From NCBI GenBank assembly GCA_036785375.1, contig JAWMAR010000423.1, forward strand, positions 372,001 to 436,000: a DNA stretch of 64,000 bases, given 5' to 3'. This document shows, one piece after another, positions 24,519 to 36,500 of this stretch; within the stretch, counting starts at the first letter, position 1, and each line of letters starts with the position of its first letter. The notes under the pieces are model-generated. The model did no database searches and was not told the origin of the DNA. It saw only the letters and a program-made list of their open reading frames with translations. Source of the stretch: Leucoraja ocellata (Eukaryota). A program made the translations under genes and the position numbers.

Positions 24519-27500
24519 CACCCCCCCCCCCCCCCGCCCCCCAAACCCAAACATCACTTTCCATGTCCTACAGAGATGTTGCCTGACGTGCTCAGTTACT
24601 CCAGCCTTTGTGCTTTGTGTTGAACATTCCAACATTTGCATAATATTCTTGTGGCTATTCACCATCCTCGGGTCTGAACAACAACCATTCACCTCTACTG
24701 TCCGTTACTTTTTCTACTTTTTCTTACTAGATGATTTCTCACTAACAAGTTCAATGGATTGTAGTTGTGAACTTGCCCTTTCTCCCCCTTTTTGAACAAT
24801 GGTGACATTTACTACTCTCTGTACCGTAAAGGGCCTGTCCCACGAGCATGCGACCTGCATGCGGCAAGCACGACCAAACCGGACGTGAGGGCCGTGCGGA
24901 GGTCGAGTGAGTGACGTGAAGTTCGAGCAAAGTCCGTGGGAACTTCGCGCATAACGTACGGTGTCGAGACGCTTCGCACGCCCGTCGAGGCGGCTGTGGG
25001 GCGGCAGGCCGTTGCCGCGCGGAATTTTTGAGCACGGTCAGTTTTTCGGAGCCCCGCGCGATGTCGGGAGCAGCTCCGCAAAACTCCATACGGCTCCGGC
25101 GATCGAAGTGAGACCGGCCCCGCAAGGCCGTACGGCTCAAGCGACCACGTTAGGTCGCGCTTGCCGCATGGAGTCACATGCTCGTGGGACAGGCCCTTCA
25201 CACCACCACATTAGCCAAAGAACACCGGAAGATCGCATTCAGTGGCTCTGTGACTTCCTCCTTGCTTCCCTCAGAATCCCCGGGTACATCCCCTCTCGTC
25301 TTGATGACTTAACAATCGCACATTCATCCAACGTTTCTAATGCTTCCGTGCTATGAATCTTAAATATATCCAGTGTCTCACCTATCCTCTCCTTCACGAT
25401 TTCTTTGGAGTCACCGCATGTGGCGACAAATACAAAATACCCATTTAGTGCTTTAACACCCTGTCGGTATCTTTTAACATTCCCATTTTTAACCTTAATA
25501 TACAACACTGCATATGTACTACCCCTTTTTACTATTTATATGCCTAATGAACACTTCTGGATTCCCCTTTACACGTTGACAGCTGATCTGTTCTCACACA
25601 CTCTCTGCTTCTCATTTTAATTTTCACTTCCTCTATCATTCCTCTGTAATCAGCCTGATTCTCGCTGATATTTACAACCCTGGGCTTGCTACATCCAGCT
25701 CTGTTATTCTCCATCATCCAGTGAACTGTGAATTTGCTTGTTCTTCCATCACCCCTTTCAAATTTGCCTCAACCATATCCAAACCATCTCTTACCTCTGA
25801 ATTGTAAACCCGACTATAGATTAAACTACATCTCTCTCTAACATTGTTTTGAAATCCATCATCTCATCGGCACACTTTCCCAGTGACCCCTCCAAAGCAA
25901 GACTATTAATTAACCCTACATGAGGATTAAGCATTGCACCGAGGTTGGGCTTGGACATGGAGAAGAGCCATCAGAGTGAGCTGCATCCACTTCATCAAAG
26001 CTACAGGACAGACTTCAGCCTGTTGGCAACTAGTTGGAGATGACCTTTTCCCTTCTAATGGTTCTAATCAGTTTAATAACCTAAATAGCCATATTCATCT
26101 ATAAATTGACCTTGAGCCTTTCACCAGCATCTGCAGTTCTTTTCTACATCCCCTGAATCTTGAAGGCTGGGATTGAGGGGATTGAACTACAGCCTCACAA
26201 CCCTCTGTAGCGAGGTGTTTCTAAATATCTTACACTTAACCTTCTATCCATGGTCTCTTATTCTTGCCTCCAACAAAGTAACGCAAGTCTGTACCCATGG
26301 TGTCAGACAAGGCCCAGTGGGGTGGAAGGTTAGCAGTTTGCTCGTGAGATTTGGGCACGTAATCCAGGCTGAAGCTCCCAGTGCAGTATTGGATGTAGCC
26401 CATCATGTAAAACCTGCCCCCTGCCCCCCACCCCCACCCCCACCCCCACCCCCACCCCCACCCCAGCCAGTGTGATCAGGCACCATTTACACCATGGTCT
26501 TTTTTTACTTTTTCCCTCATGTCAGGCAGAAGGTACAAAATTTAAAGCATGAGAGAGGGGAGAGAAGGAGTGGAGACACTTTTAAGAAGCCAGCCAACTT
26601 TTAATAAAGTTTAGCAGGCATTTAACATTATCGGTCGGTTTACTTACCTATTCTTTCCTCAATGAGCTTTACCTTTGATTAGCTTTGATTGCCTTCGATT
26701 ACCTATGATAACATTACAACCTACTTTGACCTACCTCGACTAAACCTACGAGTAAAAAAATTATCGATTTTTTCCATGGCAATCTTTTTTTACTCGCGGG
26801 CATTTTTCAGCATGTTGAAAACAAACGCCGCGACCTAGCTGAGGCCTCGAGTACACGGGGACTACTCTCTAGCACGAAGGATAGTTACAAAGACCTCCTT
26901 GGACCTCGTGTCGACCATGCTGCGAGTATGAGTCGAGGGCAAACTCTTCTAAACTTGCCAATTAGGTCGCCGCAGTGGGACAGGCCCTTTAATGTAAACT
27001 CTCTACATTCTGTGCCCAGATCCTAGATTCTGCTTTCTCCCCACTGATCTCAAGGCTCCTGTTTTTCTTTATGTTGACAGATATTGCATCTGATGCAGAA
27101 GCAGAGAACCGGTTGGTCTCATACACACACGAGCTGGAGCAATTAGTGCGAGAAAAGGAAGAGGCTTGTGGTGAGGTTGGATCTCCAAGTAAGTATCCCA
27201 CAACACTCTACTTAAGTCATTGTTATTGATGAAATATGTTGACATATGCATAGTTATGGGATCGAGTACAGAGGGATCTTGTGATCCGAATCCATAACTC
27301 CCTGAGAGTGACAACACAGGTAGGACTGGAAGCTAGAAAATAAACCATGACAAATCGGGGCCAGCAAGAGATGACCTCTGACACGGAGGTTCCCTGGTAG
27401 GCCGATTGTTGGCTAGAGATGATGTGAGCCCATGAGCGATACATTGTTATGAACTGTGGAACTTTTATTGGGGGGGTAGGCATTTGTAGAAGTTCCCTAA

Positions 27501-30500
27501 AATTAGACAATTCACTATTTTTGCCATCGGGTTGTAAGCAACGCAAGCTAACTATGAGATACTGTTCTTCCAATTTGCTTGGGCCCGCTCTCTGGCAGTG
27601 GAGGGGGGCCCGGACAGAAAGATCATAATTGGGAATGGGAAGGGGAGTTAAAGTGGGAGTCAGAAACCAGAAGATCCAGTAGGCCTTAGCGCACCGAGCT
27701 TAAGTGTTCAGCAAAACGGTCGCCGGGTCTGCGATTTGTCTCGCCAATGTACAGGAGCCCATAGTGAAAACTGGATGCAGTAGATGAGATTATTCCATCA
27801 TTTTGTGTCGATCTCTGGTGATCAACATGAATCGGAGTTTGCTGTCCCTTGAACCATCTGCCAAGGTTGCAAATGATGTAAGATTTTGGCAGGAAGAAAT
27901 GACAAAACATTTGAGTTTCCAGTTAAAGGAAGATGAGTATCATCCATTACTGGAAGTGTCCAATAAAATACTTTGGGTACGGAAAGAGAGTAGGGGGAAG
28001 ACGGTTAAGGTATAATTTAGGTGTCATCAGAACTGATGCCCATGTGCTGGCATGGAGTTACATCATTGCCCCTGACAGATTTCAACCTGCTCCTCTGGAA
28101 GTTTCAACCAAACCCCACCAAGAACCTGTACACAAATCTCATCAAGCTCCCTCAGAGATCTCAACAAAATTCCTCTGGCACTGAAAGAATTGTTACACGA
28201 GGAAGCATTTTGCCAATTGAGTCCTTGCCAGGTTCTGATAAAGCAATTCCATTCCCCTGTGGTGCCAGCATTCCTCACCCAAATCTTGACCCAATTGTTA
28301 ATGGTGTGAGGAAAAGGTCATGGACTGTATAAAAGATGGTTCGATCAGATTAGTATGTTGAGAAGCCAATGAGTTTTGTTTAGTTTAGTTTAGAGATACA
28401 CAACAGAAACAGGCCCTTCGGCCTACCAAGTCCGCACCGACCAGCGATCCCTGCACACTAACACTATCCTACACACACTAGGAACAATTTACATTTCTAC
28501 CAAACCAATTAGCCGACAAACCTGTAATTCTTTAGAGTGTGGGAGGAAACCCATGCAGGTCACGGGAAGGGCGTACAAACTCATACAGACAGCACCCATA
28601 GTCAGGATTGAACCCGGGTCTCTGGCGCTGTAAGGCAACAACTCTACCGCTGCGTAACTGTGCCACCCTTGAGGGAACAAGATATTTTAGATCTAGTGTT
28701 GTGCAATGAGAAAGGATTCATTGACGATCTGGTGGTCAAAGACGCGTTCGTGTGGGAAATTAAATTTCATATAAAGATTGACTATTATATAGTTTAATCT
28801 GAAACCAGATAGTTAAAGCTGAACAAAGCAGAATATTGATTAATGAGGTGTGACTTGTCCTCGGTAGATTGGAGAACTAGGTTAAAAGGTGTGACCTACA
28901 ATGAATAACTTTCAAAGAATTAATACATAGTTTACAAGAATCCATATCCATTTGTAGACAAAAAATGTATCAAGAAATATTATCCATACATGGTTACCAA
29001 GGGAGGTTAATGATAGCATTGGATCAAAGAGAAAGGTTTATAGTGATGCCAAGAAAAGCAATGATTCTGACGTGTATGAAAAAAATTCAATTCAGCCCAG
29101 AAATAGTCTAGGCTGAAAGCCAGAAACAGCCTGTTGAAGCATTAGTGGATACAGTGTAAAAAAGGAACTAACTAGCTAGAAAAAGATCATGTGGTTCCCT
29201 TAAAGGCTGAGACAGAAGGAATTATGGCAAGAAAAAGGCGACAGAGAAATTAAATAACTTTTTTGTGTCTATCCTTATGGAAAACAACATTACAAAATCT
29301 CCCACAAATGGTGGGGAAATTACAGATCTGTAATCAAAGAAATCAATATTCATAAAAAAGTAATATCGAAGAAATTAATGCAAACAAGAGGTGATAAATC
29401 GCCAGCACCTGATGATCTACATCCTATGGTTTTGAAGAGGTGTCAATTAAAGCATCCACATGATTATCATAAAGGTGGATGGCATTGTAGATAACGAAGA
29501 TGGTTGTCAAACCTTGCTGCGGGATCTTGATCATTGGCCTGGTGGTCTGAGGATGGTTCATAGAGTCTAATACAGATAAGTGTGAGGTCTTGCATTTTGG
29601 GAAGTCTAACCTACACAGTGGATGGCAGGGCCCTGGGGAGTGTTGTAGAGCTGTGTGATCTAGGAGGGCAGATACATAGATGCAGAGTATTGAATGTAGA
29701 ATTTGGGAGGCTGTGTTACAGTTGTACAAGACATTGGTGAGGCCACATTTAGAGAGTTGTGTTCGGTTATGGTCATCCTATTATTGGAAAGATGTTGTTA
29801 AGTTGGAAAGCATGCAAAGATCTATGAGGATTTGCGTTTAATTTATTGTCACATGCTAACCATCAATGGATAGACTAGACATGATTACAGTCAAGCCCTC
29901 CACAGTGTACAGATACATGATAAAGGGATTAACATTTAGTGTAAGATAAAGTCCAGTAAAGTCCGATTAAAGATAGTCTGAAGGTTTCCAATGAGGAAGA
30001 TAATAGTTCGGGGCCGCTCGCTGGTTGTTGATAGGATGGTTCAGTTGCCTGATAACAGCTGGGAAGAACCTGTCCCTGAATCTGGAGATCGGTGTTTTCA
30101 TACCTCTGTACCTCTTGTCTAATGGGAGAGGGGATAGAGAGGGACTGGGGTGAGGCTCATCCTTGATTACGCTGGTGACCTTGCCGGGACAGCGTGAAGT
30201 GTAGATGGAGTCAATGCATGGGAGGTTGGTTTGTGTGATGGCCTGGGCTGTGTCCACAATTCTCTGCAATTTCTTGTGGTCACCAACCATGCTATGATGC
30301 ATCTTGATATAATGCTTTCTACGCACATCTATAAAATTGGCGAGGATTGTTGGGGACATGACGAACTTCCTAGCCCTTGTAAGGAAGTTGTGGTGTGGTG
30401 CGGTTTCTTGGCTGGTCCAAGACAAGTTGCTAGTGATATTTACTCCAAGAAACTTGAAGCTTTCAACCATCTCTACTTGGCACCATCAATATATACCAGG

Positions 30501-33500
30501 ATATGTGTACCGCTTTGCATCCTGAAGTCAATCACTATCTCCCTTGTCTTGCTGACATTGAGAGAAAGGTTGTTGTCCTGACACAAGGTTCCAAAAAGGT
30601 TCTGAATCTCCTTCCTGTCCTCTGTCTCGTCATTATTTGATATAAGGCCCACTACGGTGATGTCTGCATATTTGTAAATTGAATTTGGTTTGTACTTGGT
30701 GAGTACCAGAATTATTGTTGAGGATAATTTGTCTCCTATCCTCACTGATTATGGTCTGTTGCCAGGACTCGAGGGCCTGGGCTGTAGCCAGATGTTGAGC
30801 AGACTAGGACTTTATTGCTTGGAGCGCAGGAGGATGAGGGGTGATCTTATAGATCATGAGAGGAGTAGATAGGATAAATCCACAGAGTTCTTTACCCAGA
30901 GTCAGGGAATCAAGAACCAGAGGTCATAAGGTTTAAGTTCAGAGGGGAAAAAAATTATAGGAACCTGAGGTGCAGCTTTTACTTGAAGGTTGGAAGTTAT
31001 ATGGGATGAGCTGCTAGAAGAGGTATTGATAGGTAGATACTATCATAATGCATAAAAAACATTTGGACATGGATAGGAAAGATTCAGAAGGATATGGGCC
31101 AAACATAGGCAAGTGGGACGTGTAGATGGAGAATGTTGGTCGGCATGGGCAAGTTGGGCTGGACGGAGTGTTTCCACACTGTATAACTCTATGTCAGGGA
31201 ACTGCAGCTGCTGGAATCTTGCGTAGAACACAAGTGCCGGAGTAACTGAGTGGGTCAGGCAGCATCTCTGGAGGACATGGATAGGCAATGTTACTGGTTA
31301 GGACCATTCTTCTGACTCGACCCCAAACTTCTCCTATCCATACCCTCCAGAGCTACTGCCTGACCCGCTGAATTATTCCAACACTCAAGAAAAAGATTGA
31401 TGGTTTGTTGCAGGAAGATTTGCGTAATAGAGGCATCCTGCTCCAATTATGTGCAGCCCTGCTGAGACACCGTGCAGAATGTTATGTATCCTTGTAACTC
31501 CCAAAGGGTGCTGCAAATGCTCGCTCACTCAACATATGCAGGACAGTTATTTTTAAATCGTAAGGAATCAAGGGATATGGAGTGAATGTGGGAATTGGCA
31601 TTTGGGTAAAATAATTAGCCAGGACCTTGCTGAAGGAGGCCACATCGGGAACACTGGACGCAGTAGATGAGGATAGGCGAGGTGCACAAGAACTTCTGTC
31701 TCACCTGGAAGGACTGCTTGGGTCCCTAGATAGAGGTGAAGGAGGAGGTATCTACCTCTTTGACGCCCCTCACTCAAATTGTCACATTCCCTCCTCTCCC
31801 GTTGTTCTTTCAGCTGCTTAATTATGATTCATAATATTTAAATTCACTCTGCTGATGCTGACTGACTCGGTGTGTATTTCCAGTTTTTGCAGTTTTTAGA
31901 GTCAAATAAAGTCATACAGCATCTCCGGGTCACTAGTGCAATGAGGCATTGGCTCTATGGGCTGGGCCACTAGGCCTCACTGTGTCCATTGTAAATATCT
32001 GCTTCTCACCCGCCTTCCTTCCCCCTCTCCCTCTAACTTTCAATATCTCTCGCCTTTGCCTGCTCTTTCTTGTACCTTTGCAATTCCTGCCCCTTCCTCA
32101 CCTTTCACCACATTCTCTGTTCACCATCTCTGTGCCATTTTCTATTTCTTTCCTGTCTCTCAATCTGCACACCTTGACTGCAAGTTAAAACTGAGCAAGT
32201 GACTGCAGATGGATTTTAAAAGGAAGTAGGAGAGGTACATCAACTGGCAAAAGACAAGAATTTAAAACGGGACAAGGTGCAGCAAATAGACAATAATGTG
32301 CGGTTACTGCATTTTTCTAAACTAATGTCTGTCTGATATGTTTAGATGGATCCATACCAACACACCAAGTGCTTTCAGAGAACAGAGCAGATCTTCAGGT
32401 ACCTTCTGTCAACTCGAGGAGAGAACAACCAGAGGTACAGTAAACGCGCTTGTGGTGCTTTGGGTGAAATGTCTTGGAATGGAGCTCTGCGTAATGTGGG
32501 TGATCTCGCCAGGTGGGGGTTTGTGGAAGATTGGGAGAGTTTTGGGTATATTGATAATGTGGCCAGGGATGAGGCTTTTGGGAGATCTAGTTAGGTGTGG
32601 GTCACTGGGGGTCTGGTTAGGTACGGGTCACTGGGGGTCTAGTTAGGTTTGGAGATCTGGAATGATTCTTCTGGCTTCCATAAAATGTCTGCTGTACATG
32701 GAGTTGACTTGGAGGATGCTCCAAATAGCCCTCAGTGACTCCACAACTCAACATCATTGCAGTCAGAAAGACAGGTTTACCCTTACTGTGGACTTGCTGA
32801 GGGCGCAGCATATGCATTCGAGCCTGCGTCCAACAGGGTGAAGCGAGGCGCTCCGTGTCAGACAGTGGCTGCAGTAAACTTGCCGCCTTCCCTGTTGTAC
32901 ACTCAGGAAACTCGGGCCACTTCGGGGCAATTTCTGGCCACGCGTCTGTGCATTCATAACTAGTCCGTGCTCTGTGTGAGTTTAAAATATCTAATTTATT
33001 TTCCCTTCAATCAGATCGATAAACACAGTCCTTCCACAAAACTATTTTCATCGGAAAGGAGAGGTGAGCAGTCGCAGGAAAAGCCCAGCTCTCTTTCCAC
33101 GCTCTCTCCAGTACGGCAGCAGTCTCTGTTCTTCCCAGAAATGTCTTTGCCCTGTTCACCAGTGGAATGCAAGCCAGCAGCCACCCCTCCTGCCATCTGC
33201 TGCCAGCCCCTGACATCGCCCCCAGCAGGCAGCCCCGTCACTACCAAGTCCCCGGTGAAGTCACAGCCACTCTCCTTAGTCCAGACCTCCACCCCCATCA
33301 CCGAACCCGGCAGGGAGTGGCTACGCGGTGGAGGGATCAAGGCAAAGGGCCCTCTGCAGGGGGTGGACAAACCGGCCAGGAAAGACCCTGTGGACGAGTT
33401 CTGGCTGAGGAGCAATGAGATGAGGAGAAATCTGGGAGTCAGTGCTCTGGAGAGAACCAGCGGCTCGGAAACCAGCTTCACCTTGTCCACCACGGGGTCG

Positions 33501-36500
33501 GCATCCCCTCAGTCCTTCACGCCGGAGGAGATGTTTGATGAATGCACATCCAGCCCCCAGCCACTGTCGGGGACGCCCATCGCACCCATGGTGGGAGGGC
33601 AGCTGGTTCCATCCCCCACCCTCAGCCCATCCATTGGGCTGGATCCCAAGACCTCAGACAGTGGGCAAAGGGACCTGACCAGCACCTCGGGGCTGGGCCT
33701 GAATGGGAGCATGAGCAACACCAGGACTGCTGCCAGTGAGAGCCTCAACAACTCGGACACTATGTTAACACCTCCCTCCAGCCCGCCCCCACCTCCCCCT
33801 GCTGGCGAGGAACCCGCAACCCTCCGCCGGAAGAAGCAGCAGGGCCCCAGGACACGGCCTGCTGAGCAAGGCCCTGCTGCCCAGCCCGCCTCAGGCTCGC
33901 AGTCGGCAGGCGTGAGGAAGTCGCTGGTGGAGAGCCTGGATGAGATTCCCTTTGCGGACGACGTTGAGGACACGTACGATGACCGGACGCCCGACGCCAG
34001 CATCCAGGAGCGGTTCTACACGCCGGCCGGCAGCCTGGAGAAACCCGGGCAGCTGAACCTGGCCCCCGTCAAAGACACGCTGCCCCCGAGCGGGAAACGG
34101 CGGCCCCTCACCCAGATCTCCCCCGAGGCCAAGGAGATCGCCAAAGAGAGGATGAGGGCCCGCGAGAAGTCAGTCAAGAGCCAGGCTCTCCGAGACGCCA
34201 TGGCCAAGGAGCTGAGGAAGATGAAGGAAATGGAAGCCGCAGAAGGGTCCCCAGCCCGTCCTCCGATAGCCCAGGTGGCCGAGGCGCCGGCTCCCCTCGC
34301 TGCCAAGTTAATCGATGGGGACCCGCCGCAGCAGGAGGCGGTGGTGGAGAAGCCGTTACCTGTACCGGCACCGGCACAGGACCTCAGTCTGGAGGGATCA
34401 GGAGCCTCCTCCGAGGGTTCTGCCAGCAAGAACAAGAAGAGAACCTCCCTCTTCTCCCCCCGCAAGAGCAAAAAGGAGAAAAAGTCCAAGACTGAGAGCA
34501 GCCTGACCGAGGAGAGCACCAAGCCCAGGTCCATCTGGAAATCCGTCTTCTCCAGTTACCGGAGGGACAGAAAGAAGAAGGAGGAGAAGACGTGCCCCAG
34601 CACCCCGTCCAGCGGTAACACCGTCAACTCCAGCACCAGGCGCAGCACTGACATCCTCCGCACCGCAGTCGGTAGGATACGGACATGCACTGCCCAAAGC
34701 ACCGTGCACTCACCGTTAAACTGCCCCACACATCGCGCACTCGCCCTCAAACACTGCCCACACACTACACTCGCCCTGATAAACTGGCCACACACCACAC
34801 TCGCCCTAAAACACTGGCCCCTAACACACCCCATTCACCATCAAACACTGCCCTCACACCACACTCACCCACAAACACTGGCCCCTAGCATAATGCCGTC
34901 TAATCTCGACAAGCCTCCAATATCCTCACTCTCCCTCTCTGCTCCCAATACCCTCACACTTCTCTGCACCCCCAATTTTGTTTCTTGGGGTGGGAGGTGC
35001 TCACCATATAGCACTCTATGCCCAACTGTTGCCGTGTTTGACCCTCACAAGTGCAAATCATTTAATTACAGTGCAATAAACAAAGCATTTTTTTTTGCTT
35101 AACTCTGGAAAAACTCCACCAGAAATAGCCGTCAACTTTTCCCCTTTGCCTACTCCCCCTTACTGAGCCTACTTTACATCCAGCGGTCGATTTCATTAAA
35201 CTCCATGGACTTTCAATTTTCCGATAAGCCTGCCAGATGGCAAATACGTTGAATGCATTTCCCTCCACGGTGACTTTTCTTGTTTCCATCCTCAAAAGTT
35301 TTAATTGAATTAGTTGGACCCAGCCTTCACTTAACATGCGGACTACCCGTGATTAATCTTGTCCACCTTAATGACATTTAATGCAGTTCTGCTCATTTTT
35401 CCAATGATTTAACAATGATTGATCATACACATTCTGGCAACTAATTTTTCTGTGTAACCCTCTTCCGCCTTTTAAGCAACAACACATTATTCAATGTGCC
35501 ATTATTGTGTGGGGAGTGAAATGTGTTTAAACAATCTCAAGCCTTTCCTTAGTCACTGTTCCTGGGCCAGGGGATGGCATTATAAGACTCTCTCTCTGGG
35601 CACATTGGTGCACCAGAGTTGGGGAACATATACTTCACCTCTGAGTGTTATGCATGAATATAGAACAGTGCAGCAAACGAACAGGCCCTTCAGCCCACAA
35701 TGTCCATCCAAAACATGATGCCACGGTAAACTAATCTCTTCTGCCTGCACGTGACCATATCCCTCCATTCTCTTCATATCTATGTGCTTAATCAAAGCCT
35801 CTTAAAAAACCTTAGGCCCTCGCTACTCTCTATGTTAAATAAAAACTTTCCATGCACATCTCCTTTCAATTTTGACCCTTTCACCTTTAAGCTATGCCCT
35901 CTGGTCTTTGACATTTCCACCCTCTGAAAAATATTCTGACTGTGTACCTGATTATGCTTCTCATAATGTTATACACTTCTAAGTCTTCCCTCAGCTCTGA
36001 AGCACCAGAAAAAAACCCAATCTAAGCTTGTCCAACCTCTTGTTATACCTAATACTCTCTAAACCAGGCAGCATTCTGGTTAAAAAAAGAGACCAAGTGC
36101 TGGCATAACTCCAGGACATTCTGATAAACCTTTTTCTGCGCACTCTCCAAAACCTCCACATCCTTCCTGCATCTCTGAGTGTTATGCATGAATATAGAAC
36201 AGTGCAGCAAACGAACAGGCCCTTCAGTCCACAATGTCCGTCCAAAACGTGATGCCACGGTAAATGATGCCATTGCGACTTGAACTGCACGCAATACACC
36301 AAATGTGGCCTCACCATGGTGGTAAAAAGCTGCAACATGACTTCCTGGCTCTTGTACTCAATGTCCTGACTAATGAAGCCAAGCATACCATCTGAGGAAG
36401 GGTCTTGACCCGAAACGTCACCCATTCCTTCCCTCCAGAGATGCTGCCTGTCCCGTTGAGTTACTCCAGCATTTTTGGTTTAAACCAGCAACTGTAGTTC

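Noticed and set aside
24830-25197. CpG-island promoter or GC-rich foreign gene (ORFs 24751-25356)
   Set aside because: The GC-rich block is exactly bounded by MITE terminal inverted repeats.
28079-28231. Possible phase-1 exon after cccctgacag
   Set aside because: The frame is open, but the donor is poor (gttctg), the peptide does not resemble MICAL3, and it is not needed for frame continuity.
32967-35102. 711-aa ORF as a stand-alone single-exon gene
   Set aside because: It is an internal MICAL3 exon (33015-34671) extended by intron sequence and a minisatellite. The antisense ORFs over it are shadows of GC-rich coding sequence.
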